DNA of 60,239 nucleotides, filler included. It is 9 parts of 9 records of this genome, joined end to end, with 100 filler letters (N's around TTAATTAATTAA, not from the genome) between each part and the next. Parts side by side here need not be neighbours in the genome. Positions count along the whole stretch, not along the records: positions 38,528 to 47,766 come from SRR31156797_57598; positions 47,867 to 54,512 come from SRR31156797_57688; 7 more parts are not named here. The stretch is one strand, 5' to 3'. The first letter of the stretch is position 1. Each line of letters begins with the position of its first letter. This document shows positions 41,522-51,522 of the stretch, piece by piece. Under the pieces are notes generated by a model. That model did no database searches. It saw only the letters and a list, made by a program, of their open reading frames with translations, and was not told the DNA's origin. A program made the translations under genes and the position numbers.

Positions 41522-42559
41522 TTACTCCTTGTTCGTGGACCGGCCGCCGGGCGATGGAGGCGCGGTAGACTGCCGGATCATTAATTCCGTGGGAATTATT
41601 ACCGGCTGGTTCGGGATGGGCCGTCCGGCCAGGAGATCGCTGAGGAGGCGCATTGAAGTCCTTCCAATTTCCTGGCGGGGCTGGCGAATCGTGGTCAGGG
41701 GCGGGTGAAAAGCCCCGGCAAAAACAATGTCGTCGAATCCAACCACGGAAACGTCTTCAGGGACGGAAAGATTGAGCGTTCGCAATTCATTTATCGCTCC
41801 CATGGCCATTTCGTCGTTGCTGCAGAAAATCGCCGTGGGCGGATTTGATTGGGAAAAAAGGGCCCGGCAGGCGGCGTGTCCCGATTCAATACTGTAGTCG
41901 CCGCGCACGGTCATGTTTTCATCCGGGTGAAGCCCGGCGTCATTCATGGCCTTGAGATAGCCCTGGTGACGGTCGATGCTCATGGCTTCCGGTGTAGGGC
42001 CGGTAATGTGGGCGATGCGCTTGTGGCCCAGTTTTATCAGGTGCTTTACAGCGATTTCGGCGGCTTCAATGTTGTCAATACGTATAGAGGGCAGGTCCAG
42101 GCCGGGAAAATATTCCAGGCTGACCACCACGGGCGGTCCGTCTTCCCCCAGGCCTTCCCGGATATCCAGGGGCAGCTTGCCGGTCATAAGAATCATGCCG
42201 TCGGCATGCCTGGCCTTGAGCATTTCAAAATATTCCCGTTCCCGGCCCAGGTCGTCCTCGGTGTTGCCCATTAAAACATTGTAATTAAGGGCTCTGGCTT
42301 CTGCTTCAACGCCTCTGAAAACATCCAGGTAAAATGGATTTCGAATATTGCGGACGACAAGAAAAACGGTTCTTGTTTCCTGGGTTCTTAAGTGACGGGC
42401 AATGACATTCGGATTGTATTTGACCTTGTTAACGGCCCGCAGGACGCGGTCTCTCGTTTCCGGCCGGACGTGATCGGTCTGTTGCAGAACTCTTGAAACC
42501 GTGGCCGTGGAGACCCGGGCCGCCTTGGCCACATCCTTGATTGTGGGTTGACGCGCCAT
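41522..42559 (-). CDS. LacI family transcriptional regulator
   Basis: TIKDVAKAARVSTATVSRVL HTH, LGHKRIAHI, NDEMAMG, DVSVVGFDD and PPLTTIRQ. Confidence 0.95.
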   Translation of the reverse strand: MARQPTIKDVAKAARVSTATVSRVLQQTDHVRPETRDRVLRAVNKVKYNPNVIARHLRTQETRTVFLVVRNIRNPFYLDVFRGVEAEARALNYNVLMGNTEDDLGREREYFEMLKARHADGMILMTGKLPLDIREGLGEDGPPVVVSLEYFPGLDLPSIRIDNIEAAEIAVKHLIKLGHKRIAHITGPTPEAMSIDRHQGYLKAMNDAGLHPDENMTVRGDYSIESGHAACRALFSQSNPPTAIFCSNDEMAMGAINELRTLNLSVPEDVSVVGFDDIVFAGAFHPPLTTIRQPRQEIGRTSMRLLSDLLAGRPIPNQPVIIPTELMIRQSTAPPSPGGRSTNKE

Positions 42560-42564
42560 GGCTT

Positions 42565-43566
42565 TTATATCCTCAATCCGCGTCTGCGGCCGTAGAACAT
42601 CATCAAAATGAGAAGAGTGCCCCCGTACACGATTTGTCGGCCGAATTCCTCCATCTGCAAGGTTATCAGTATGCTTTGCAGGATGACCAGGAGAAAGGCG
42701 CCGGCCATGGCGCCGGTGTAACTGCCCTGCCCTCCGGATAAGGGAGTTCCGCCGAGGACCACGGCAATTATGGACGGCAGCATGTACTGTTCGCCCACGC
42801 CGATAAACGAGTTGCCGGTATAGCCGAGAACAAAGACGCTGGTGAGGCCGGCAAAGAAGCCTGACAAACCGAACAGGGCGACTCTCATCCGCCAGACAGT
42901 GACGCCGGTCAGGGCCGCGGCCCGTTCATTGGCGCCGATGGCGTAGATGCGGTACCCGAAAGCAGTACGGCGCAGGAGCCAGGCCATGAAGAGGCCAACG
43001 CCGACCCAGACGAACAGAATGCCCGGAATCCCCAAAATCAGGGGCTGCGTGATAAAATCAGACAGGGCGGGCGCGGCATTGCCCGAAGGTACGCCCCTTG
43101 TGATGGCGACCAGGGCGCCCTGGACCACTCCAAGAATGCCAAGGGTCATAACCAGGGGCGGTATGCGCAGGAACGTCACGCCGACTCCGTTAATCAACCC
43201 GATGAACAGGCCGACGCTGGAAGCTCCAAGAATGGCCGGCATGATCATCATGTTGTCGCCTTTCATGATGTTGCCGGCGATTACCGCGCCCAGGCTGATT
43301 ACGGCGCCGACCGAAAGGTCTATGCCTTCCCTGCCCCCAAGGATAACCAGGTTTTGCCCCGCGGCCACAATACCCAGCAGGGCGGCAATGGTCAGCAGTT
43401 TTACAATCTGCGACGGGGAAGCAAATCCGGGCGAAACGATTTCACCCAGGGTCAGCAATATGACTATCAAAATCAAGGCGACCACAATGGGCCGGCCGAA
43501 GATATCCTTGAGTGAAAACCGGCTCGGGGCCAAGGCGTCTGTTTTTGTGACAGGGTTTGAAGCCAT
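42565..43566 (-). CDS. CUT2 (RbsC-like) sugar ABC permease
   Basis: GIDLSVG, AIGANERAAALTG and AVVLGGTPLSGG. Confidence 0.92.
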   Translation of the reverse strand: MASNPVTKTDALAPSRFSLKDIFGRPIVVALILIVILLTLGEIVSPGFASPSQIVKLLTIAALLGIVAAGQNLVILGGREGIDLSVGAVISLGAVIAGNIMKGDNMMIMPAILGASSVGLFIGLINGVGVTFLRIPPLVMTLGILGVVQGALVAITRGVPSGNAAPALSDFITQPLILGIPGILFVWVGVGLFMAWLLRRTAFGYRIYAIGANERAAALTGVTVWRMRVALFGLSGFFAGLTSVFVLGYTGNSFIGVGEQYMLPSIIAVVLGGTPLSGGQGSYTGAMAGAFLLVILQSILITLQMEEFGRQIVYGGTLLILMMFYGRRRGLRI

Positions 43567-43575
43567 GGCCTTCTC

Positions 43576-44556
43576 CTATCTTCTGGCCACGGCCACGCCG
43601 CCGGCCAGGGCGGCGAGAACGATGAGACCTTGAACCAGGTTCTGGTATTCAAAGGGAACGCCCGCGAAAAAGACCACGCTGCCGATCAGGCCTAGAATTA
43701 TGGCGCCGAAAATCGATCCGACCGGGCTGCCTCGCCCGCCGCTCAGAGCTGTTCCGCCCAGGACAACGGCGGCCACTGTGCTGAGTGTGGTTTTGGCGCC
43801 CAGAAGGGGGTCGCCGCTGGCGGTGTCGCCGGTCAGGCAATGGGCGGCCAGGGCGGCGAACAGACCGCACAAGGCATACGCGCTGATACGCAGGCGGGAG
43901 ACAGGCAGACCGCTTTGATAGGCGGCCTGCATATTTCCACCCGCCGCAAGTAGAGACCTGGAAAATACAAGTTTAGCGATTATGCCCACGGCCAGGGCTG
44001 TTCCGGCTAAAACCCAGATAACAAAAGGAAGGCCGGCCGCGCTTTCGCCATAGGTTTCCCAGTAAGCATCCGGAGCGGCCAGACCCGCCTGGGGCAGCAC
44101 CCACAGGGCCACGCCGGCAAAAACAATACCGGAGGCAAAAGTGGTTACAATGGGTTGAAAGCGTAAAACGGCCACGCAGAAACCATTGAACAGGCCGCAC
44201 AGAATTCCTATAAGCATTCCGGCTGCAATGCCGATGAAGATGGACCCGACGCCTCCGCCCAATGCGGCCATTATGGAGACCGTGGAAACGTTCACCAGGG
44301 ATACAATGCTGCCGACTGAAAGGTCAATATCGCCGGCCAGGACGACGTATGTCTGGCCCACGGCCAGGAGGATCAGGGGCAGGTACGTGCTGATATCCGC
44401 GGTTATGGCCATGGGCCTTAAGGTCTTGGGTTGGAGCACGCCGTTTATTATGAATAAAAGAATGCACACGGCAATAGCGGGCAGATAGGGCCGCCGCGCC
44501 AGGTCCAGGCGTTTTATAAAGCTTGAAAGTTTTGAGTTTCCGTTGGATAGCGTCAT
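43576..44556 (-). CDS. CUT2 (RbsC-like) sugar ABC permease
   Basis: DIDLSVG, GGNMQAAYQSG and AAVVLGGTALSGGRG. Confidence 0.92.
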   Translation of the reverse strand: MTLSNGNSKLSSFIKRLDLARRPYLPAIAVCILLFIINGVLQPKTLRPMAITADISTYLPLILLAVGQTYVVLAGDIDLSVGSIVSLVNVSTVSIMAALGGGVGSIFIGIAAGMLIGILCGLFNGFCVAVLRFQPIVTTFASGIVFAGVALWVLPQAGLAAPDAYWETYGESAAGLPFVIWVLAGTALAVGIIAKLVFSRSLLAAGGNMQAAYQSGLPVSRLRISAYALCGLFAALAAHCLTGDTASGDPLLGAKTTLSTVAAVVLGGTALSGGRGSPVGSIFGAIILGLIGSVVFFAGVPFEYQNLVQGLIVLAALAGGVAVARR

Positions 44557-46046
44557 GATACAGCCCCGTACGCGGCCTGGTACAGTTTAAAAGCGGTCTT
44601 GTCATCGCCTTCCAGGGTTGTGACTATGCGGCCGCCGTTAAAGACCAGGATGCGATCGGCGACATTTAGAAGCTCGCTGTCTTCTGAGGAATACAAAATA
44701 ATGGATACGCCTTCGAGAACCAGTTCTCTCATGATTGCATAAAGGTCCGCCTTGGCCTGAAGGTCGATGCCCTTGGTTGGGTCGTCCAAAAGGAGGATGC
44801 GGGGCTTGATCATAAGCCATCTACCGATGACGGCCTTTTGCTGGTTTCCGCCGGAAAGTGAGGAAATCGGAGCCTTGTACCCGGAAAATTTCATTTTAAG
44901 GCGGTTGATTATGGGTGCGATTCTGTCGGTCAGGTTTTTAGGGGATAAAAGAAAACGCCGGCGCTTGGTCAGGTCGGCCGCGGCCAGGTTTTCCAGTATG
45001 GGGCGGATGAGCAGCACGCCGTCGCGCCCCCGGTCGCCGGAAATATAGGCCAGTCCGCTCCTGACAGCTTCGGAAGGTTTTGAGGGCCGTTTTGGGCTGT
45101 CCGCCAATTTTACATTGGCGCCGGAAGCATGTTCGGCCCCGAAAAGCATTCGCAGCACTTCAGACTGCCCCTGTCCATGGAGACCTCCAAAGCCGAGTAT
45201 TTCACCCCGGTGCAGTGAAAAGGAAATGTTGTCCAGTCTGGGTCCGGACAGGTTTTCGACAGTCAGGACGGCGTCTTCGCCAATGTCTCGTTTTTCCGAG
45301 GCGCTTATGGCGATTCGGCTTCCGACCATGTGTTCCACCAGTGAATCCCGGTCGGTTTCGGACACGGGCAGGCAGGCCGCGGGCCGGCCGTCCCTGAGCA
45401 CGGTCACCCTGTCGCCTATTTCCATGATTTCATCCATTCTATGGGAAATGAAGATGATGGACCGGCCCTGCTCTCGCAGTTCGCGAACAATATCGAAAAA
45501 CACGGTCACCTGGCGCTTGTCCAGGCAGGACGTGGGTTCGTCGAAAATTATGATACGGGAATCCAGGGCCAGCACTTTAAGGACTTCCACAATCTGTCGC
45601 TGATCGTTCCGCAGGTCCTGGACCAGGGCGTCCGGGGCAAAGCCTTCTCCGGTCACACCGGTAAATCTGGCTATTAATTCTTCCGCCCTTTTTTCCATTG
45701 CGGCCCTGTCGACAAAGCCGGGCCCCTTTTGGGGCAGCCCCCCCAGGAACAGGTTTTCCTGTATGGAAAGCTGGGGAACAAGGCTCAGTTCCTGGTAAAA
45801 AACGCCGATGCCGGAATCGGCCGCATCCTTGGGACTGTTAATGATCGCGGGCTTGCCTTCGATCAGTAGTTCACCGGTGTCGGGAATCACGGATCCGGCA
45901 ATAATTTTACATAGGGTGCTCTTACCGGATCCGTTGGATCCGATGAGGACATGGACTTCACCGGGTTCGACGTCCAGGCCGGCGTTGTCCAGCGCAACGA
46001 CCGCCCCAAATCGCTTGTTTATTCCCCTGGCTTCTAAAACAGGCAT
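44553..46046 (-). CDS. CUT2 (RbsA-like) tandem ABC ATPase
   Basis: GSNGSGKST, FDEPT, ISHRMDE, LSGGNQQK and LDDPTKGID. Confidence 0.94.
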   Translation of the reverse strand: MPVLEARGINKRFGAVVALDNAGLDVEPGEVHVLIGSNGSGKSTLCKIIAGSVIPDTGELLIEGKPAIINSPKDAADSGIGVFYQELSLVPQLSIQENLFLGGLPQKGPGFVDRAAMEKRAEELIARFTGVTGEGFAPDALVQDLRNDQRQIVEVLKVLALDSRIIIFDEPTSCLDKRQVTVFFDIVRELREQGRSIIFISHRMDEIMEIGDRVTVLRDGRPAACLPVSETDRDSLVEHMVGSRIAISASEKRDIGEDAVLTVENLSGPRLDNISFSLHRGEILGFGGLHGQGQSEVLRMLFGAEHASGANVKLADSPKRPSKPSEAVRSGLAYISGDRGRDGVLLIRPILENLAAADLTKRRRFLLSPKNLTDRIAPIINRLKMKFSGYKAPISSLSGGNQQKAVIGRWLMIKPRILLLDDPTKGIDLQAKADLYAIMRELVLEGVSIILYSSEDSELLNVADRILVFNGGRIVTTLEGDDKTAFKLYQAAYGAVS

Positions 46047-46120
46047 AATACTGAAATATATCTCATAAACCTGAAGCGGCGCAAAACTTATTGCGCCGCC
46101 TCGTGAGTGATTGGTTTGGA

Positions 46121-47143
46121 TTATTTAAAAAAGGCAGCCGCCTCTTCAATGGTCAGGGAATCGGAAACCGAATAATGTCCCGGTTTGCCCTGCACCTGGG
46201 CATAGGCTTCGTCAAAGTTGCTTTTGTCGATAAAGGGGATGGGAATGTAAAGGGCGTTGCCGTATTTGCCGTCTGTGACCGGTTTTTTGAATTCCTTGCC
46301 CAGGAGCATGTGAACGGTCACGTTAAGGGCGCTGGCCATGCATCCGGGCGGGTTTACGGAAGCGCCGGAATTTAGCTTTTTTGCCTTCCATGTTTCCAGG
46401 AAGTCCTTTCGGATTTCACCGGTAGCGGCGATATTGGTCTTGCCTTCGGCCAGGATTGCTCTCCAGGCGCCGGCGGCCATTCCATCCTGCACCCAAACGC
46501 CGTCGATGTCCGGGTACGTGGCCAGCAGGTTCTGCATGGCCTGCTGTCCCTGGGCCTGGTCCCAATTGGCATTGACTTCGTTGAGTATTTTAATTCCAGG
46601 ATATTTTGCGAAAACTTCCTGGTAACCTTCCTGACGCATCTGGTTGGCCGGGTGACCCGCAACGCCGTTAATGGCCACGACCTTGCCTTTACCGCCCAGG
46701 GTTTCGGCCAGCCATTTGGCGGATTTCATAGCCCAGTCCTTCTGGTCTATGCCGACGTACAAAGCGTCCTTGGAAGAAACTTCGGCGTCCGTGGAAATAA
46801 CGAGGATGCCCTGTTTCTTGGCCTGGCGAAAAACGGGATCAAAGGCCGTGGGGCTGTTGGGGTTGATTATAATGGCGTCGCAGCCCTGGTTCATGAAGTT
46901 TCGGACGTGGGCGATCTGGCCCTGGACGTCGACATTGGAACTCTGGACGATGACCTTGACGTCGACGCCCTTTTCCTTCCATTTTTCAGCAGCGGCCTTG
47001 GCTTCGTCGATCATTTGCGTGCGCCATTCGCTGCCCACCCAGCCGTTACTGAGTCCGATGGTCAGAGTTTTGGCAAGCGCAGCCCCCGAAAAGAGCATAA
47101 ACGCGGCGATAACCAGTGAAAGAATAATCAGTCGCTTCTTCAT
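46121..47143 (-). CDS. RbsB-like sugar-binding protein
   Basis: Signal peptide, IGLSNGWVGSEWR, DAIIINP and NANWDQAQG; GAGGAGG RBS. Confidence 0.92.
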   Translation of the reverse strand: MKKRLIILSLVIAAFMLFSGAALAKTLTIGLSNGWVGSEWRTQMIDEAKAAAEKWKEKGVDVKVIVQSSNVDVQGQIAHVRNFMNQGCDAIIINPNSPTAFDPVFRQAKKQGILVISTDAEVSSKDALYVGIDQKDWAMKSAKWLAETLGGKGKVVAINGVAGHPANQMRQEGYQEVFAKYPGIKILNEVNANWDQAQGQQAMQNLLATYPDIDGVWVQDGMAAGAWRAILAEGKTNIAATGEIRKDFLETWKAKKLNSGASVNPPGCMASALNVTVHMLLGKEFKKPVTDGKYGNALYIPIPFIDKSNFDEAYAQVQGKPGHYSVSDSLTIEEAAAFFK

Positions 47144-47216
47144 AATACTACCTCCTCATACACCTGGTAATGCCCTTTCGGGCGGATTAACCAAAAACTT
47201 TTCACCACCCAATCGA

Positions 47217-47230
47217 TGTAATCGATTACA
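47217..47230. promoter_or_regulatory. LacI-type operator
   Basis: Perfect palindrome TGTAATCGATTACA with a central CG, 73 bp upstream of the first gene of an operon that encodes a LacI regulator. Confidence 0.8.
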
Positions 47231-47528
47231 AGGATTTTTGTAATAGGTTATTCATTAATTTTCAAGGAAAATTTGAAGAAGAGAAAACTCGGCCCTAATA
47301 ACCTGGATAGTATATAATTTCATTGTAATGATATGCCTCATACGCAGGCGCAGACGCCCCGGGATCCTCATTATATAATGTAATTGACTCATTAGGATTC
47401 ATGGGGCTAATATCAGCCTGCACCGGCTTGAGCATTGCCAGGGGCCTGCCAATGGCAGCGTTCTTGTTATTGATCTTTAGAAGCCTTATGCTTAAGCCGG
47501 TAAAAAGAAGACTCATTTGAGGGACTCC

Positions 47529-47766
47529 ATGACCGGCTTAACCGACAGAAAATTTCATTTCGTATCCAAAGCCCTGCCCGAGGATGCTTTCGGCGTGGTC
47601 AGCTTTGAAGGAGCTGAAGGGCTTTCCAAATGTTACCAGTTCAATGCAACGTTAATAGCCGACAAATCGGATATAGACCTGACAGACGTACTGCAGCACC
47701 CGGCGACTTTCACAATACATCGTGAAGAGGGCGACATTGATTTTCATGGAATAGTGGTTGAATTTG
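47529..47766 (+). CDS. vgrG: Type VI secretion tip protein VgrG (N-terminal fragment)
   Basis: FGVVSFEGAEGLSKCYQF...DIDLTDVL...ATFTI...FHGIVVEF matches the VgrG/gp27-like N-terminus. Confidence 0.8.
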
Positions 47767-47866
47767 NNNNNNNNNNNNNNNNNNNNNNNNNNNNNNNNNN
47801 NNNNNNNNNNTTAATTAATTAANNNNNNNNNNNNNNNNNNNNNNNNNNNNNNNNNNNNNNNNNNNN
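47767..47866. other. Artificial contig linker
   Basis: N-runs around TTAATTAATTAA. Confidence 0.99.
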
Positions 47867-49247
47867 TAAGACCTGCGTAACGGAATTTTTTGTCATCAGA
47901 AGCCGAGGAAATCTGGATCATCTCTGAAAATCCAAGTATACCATTCAGTGGTGTTCGAAGCTCATGGCTGATGTTTGCAAGGAATCGGGATTTCAGGAGA
48001 TCTGCCTCTTCAGCTTTCTCCTTTGCAGTGATCAGCTCTTCCTGAGTGTTCTTTAACATTCTGCGATTGACCAGAAGCAAGCCGATGAGGATGAACTGGA
48101 AAAGAAGTGCTATGAATACAATGAGTATCTCACTTTTATATAATTCAAGTAAAGAGACATCGTTTCCTACTATTATACTCCCCTGTGGAAGAGATTCTTC
48201 TGATAACGAGAAACGTTGCATTTGTTCCCAGTCGAACATAAAAGCATGATATTGACTATCCACTATAGGAAGTTCAGCGGCATTCTCACCGTTCAGTATT
48301 TTTAAGGCATATTCTCCGGCAAGTTCACCCTCATTCTCAGCAGTAGTCATTTTACCACCAAGTACACCATGACCCAGATAAAATTCCCATACTGAGTAAA
48401 CCGGAACGTCAGCAACCTCAGCGATCATCTCCACCGATTCTGCCATTGTGACCTCATTCCCATCCATATCCCTGTTGAAAAGGAGCAGAAAGATAATAGT
48501 GTCATCGGAAACCTCTGAAACAGTTTTCTGCATCTGCAAAGCGGTCATATCTTCAAGGAACTCGATCTGAATTGAATCCTCGTAGGGTTGGAACTCCATT
48601 TTTGCCTGTTCGGTTGTTATCAGAGAAGTATGGCTATTGTTATCCCGTACAACAAGCAACTTTTTGGTATCAGGATGTAACTGCATTATAAGATCCAGTG
48701 TATCTGCAGGCTCGATATGTTCAACTATACCTGATATAGATGGACGGTTTTCCCGCCATGTGGGATCATAATCATTGGCTCCGCAAAAAACAACTGGTAT
48801 TTCAAGAGGAAATATTTCCAGTCCCGCATCAGAGGTAATAAAATCAATGGCATAATTGTCTGCACAGATAATCAGATCGAACTGCTCATGATCTTTATAT
48901 TTATATCGATAAGCCTCTGTCAGAGAATCAATGTATTCTTTATCAGGATGTCTTTTTGCATCCATATACTCGAAGTAGATTTCAGCATCTGAATATTCAC
49001 TGTCCTTGAAAACATCAACAATTCCCTTGCTTATCATGCTTGACCATTCATAAGTGGGATAATAAGAGTGAAATATCAATATTTGTGGTGGCTGAGAACT
49101 ATGCTCGTTGGCAGGATCAACGTTTGACACTGCAGCAAGTACCGGAGAAACAGGAAATAGGAGAGAAGTGACTAAAATCACTAGCATAAGCAAATATCTG
49201 GCTCTTTTTCCTGAGATTTTCCCTGATATTGTTCCTGAAAAATACAT
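47867..49247 (-). CDS. Membrane sensor histidine kinase with an ABC-SBP-like extracellular domain (3' truncated)
   Basis: Signal or TM segment, HSYYPTYEW...EYMDAKR, GVLGG, a second TM and the H-box [19 protein letters not shown]. Confidence 0.9.
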
Positions 49248-49449
49248 CCTGACATGTTCCTGATTTGTTAAATAAGTTGAAAAGCTGATAAACAGAGATT
49301 GTATAATAAAATAGATTATATATAACAGATGGCATCTTACAGATCAGAAAACTGTGCATGAAAATGAATTAGCCACATTTTAAAACAATTCAACAGCCTT
49401 CACCCATTAACGAAAAACACATCATTGAAAAGGAATTTAGTGATATCAG

Positions 49450-50268
49450 ATGCACAACAATGAAAAAAATACAGATGAAACCCTCCCGGAATTTCTTGTT
49501 GAGATGAAGAATATAGTTGTCCGGAAGAGTGGAAATATCATCCTTAATTCAATCGATTTCAATATGAAAAATGGAGAGAATATAGCCATAATCGGACCAA
49601 ACGGCTCCGGCAAATCCTCTATCATAAAGACAATTACAGGCGATTATCGCCCCATTGCAGACACACCGGGAATGATGTTCAGGATCATGGAAAAGGACAG
49701 ATGGTACATCTCTGACCTCAAAAAACTCATGGGAATCGTATCAGGAGAGCTACAGCTTGAATATATGAGAGACATCACAGTAAGCGATGTGGTTCTTTCC
49801 GGTTTCTTCAGTAGTATTGGCATCTACCCTAATCTCAGGGTCAGACCATATATGCTGGAAATTACCGACGAGGTCATTGATTTTCTGGAAATAAGACATC
49901 TTGCTGACAAGAACATATCGGAGCTATCCACCGGAGAAGCAAGAAGAGTGCTTATCGGCAGAGCACTGGTCCATAATCCAATGATACTGGTGTTGGATGA
50001 ACCAACGAACAGTCTTGACCTGAAAAGCAAGCATAAGTTCAGACAAACTGTGAGCAAGATCGCAGCTTCCGGAAAGAGCATAATTATGGTAACACACGAC
50101 CTTGAGGATATCGTGCCTGAGATCGATCGCGTAATATTAGTTAAAGATGGAAAAATCTTTGCAGATGGTAATATTGAGGATATACTCACTGCTGAGAAAC
50201 TGACGGAGTTATTTGGTATTCCGGTGGAGGTTGGTAAGGATAAGGGATACTATCATGCGTGGTGCTGA
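49450..50268 (+). CDS. Orphan ABC ATPase (YlmA/ModF-like)
   Basis: GPNGSGKS, LSGFFSSIG, LSTGEARR, LDEPT and VTHD. Confidence 0.88.
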   Translation: MHNNEKNTDETLPEFLVEMKNIVVRKSGNIILNSIDFNMKNGENIAIIGPNGSGKSSIIKTITGDYRPIADTPGMMFRIMEKDRWYISDLKKLMGIVSGELQLEYMRDITVSDVVLSGFFSSIGIYPNLRVRPYMLEITDEVIDFLEIRHLADKNISELSTGEARRVLIGRALVHNPMILVLDEPTNSLDLKSKHKFRQTVSKIAASGKSIIMVTHDLEDIVPEIDRVILVKDGKIFADGNIEDILTAEKLTELFGIPVEVGKDKGYYHAWC

Positions 50269-50399
50269 ACATAATCATTGTTATTTTTTAGGAAAAAACT
50301 CTATTAAAGCGATATTTTTATTCATAATGAATAATACAAATGAATAGCCTATTTTAAGAGAGTTAGTCTAAAATATTTGCACATCTAATTTGATAGTAC

Positions 50400-51386
50400 A
50401 TGAGTGAAGGATCAAATTTAATTGAAACTTTTATCCCCATCATTTTTGCTGCTATACTAGCTTTAATGTATATTTTTGGTAGAATTATAGAAGATGCAAA
50501 GCCTCAAAGAAATGATAAAAATATAAATTACTCAAGTGGTGGACTTTTTATCCTAGTGTTTATGGCACTTCCATATGCTATTGTTCATATAATTTTTCAT
50601 TATTTCATACCAAATGATTTGCTTACAAATTTTGGTTTGATAGGTAGTTATTTGTTAATCATATTTGCATTGTTATTGCAACTTGTTTTTTATGTGCATT
50701 TGTCAAATAAAGTAAATAAGAAAGATTATCGCTTAATTTTTTTGGGATTTAAAAATATTAATGTTGTTCACATTGCCGCTGTCTTTGTAGCAGTAATAAC
50801 AAGTTATATGGTTGCTTATACCTCTTATTATATATTCGTTAAAAATCCAGACCCTGAACCTATTTTAGCTGCTTTTTTAATAGCTTACACAGCTATCTTA
50901 GCACTTTTCACTTTTGTAATGATTGCTGTATTCTACGGACATGGATCAATAATATATCCTTATGTGAAGGTCTCATTCATAAGCGAACAGAATCCTATTG
51001 AAGGAAGCATATTAAAATTTGGGGATAATATTAGTTTACTAAATAATCACGGTCAATATATTATAAATAACACGGATGTTAGTGTTATTGAGTTTAAAAA
51101 CAACAATACAAATATATATCATCAAAATACTGAAAAACACAAAAAATACAATAAAATGACGAAAAATAAAGAAAATCTATCAGAGGGTATCTTTTATGCT
51201 GGTATTATAGTAGGTTTTCTTTTTGGTCTTCTTGGAAATTTTATAGTGACACTGTTTTTTAGAATATTTAGTGACAAAATTCCCCTAATTGCTGAAGTGG
51301 TAGGCTTCATTTTAGCTTTGTTTTCTACGATAGCAATTCTTGCATTCTTGTATTATCGTTTATTTAATTTATGGAAACTACGTTGA
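50400..51386 (+). CDS. Hypothetical polytopic membrane protein, AT-rich
   Basis: 328-aa ORF with about 7 hydrophobic segments; visibly more AT-rich than its neighbours. Confidence 0.7.
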   Translation: MSEGSNLIETFIPIIFAAILALMYIFGRIIEDAKPQRNDKNINYSSGGLFILVFMALPYAIVHIIFHYFIPNDLLTNFGLIGSYLLIIFALLLQLVFYVHLSNKVNKKDYRLIFLGFKNINVVHIAAVFVAVITSYMVAYTSYYIFVKNPDPEPILAAFLIAYTAILALFTFVMIAVFYGHGSIIYPYVKVSFISEQNPIEGSILKFGDNISLLNNHGQYIINNTDVSVIEFKNNNTNIYHQNTEKHKKYNKMTKNKENLSEGIFYAGIIVGFLFGLLGNFIVTLFFRIFSDKIPLIAEVVGFILALFSTIAILAFLYYRLFNLWKLR

Positions 51387-51522
51387 AGGTACAACAAATA
51401 GCAACAAACTCACACAATCCTCTTTTAGTATATGCATTCAAATATAATTGGCTCATATGCTAGTCCAAACTGAGATAACTCACTAACAATATATTACTTA
51501 CAACTTTTACACGGATGATACC

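Noticed and set aside
44553-46046. Degenerate signature in NBD1 and degenerate Walker A in NBD2
   Set aside because: This asymmetry is normal for RbsA-type tandem ATPases.
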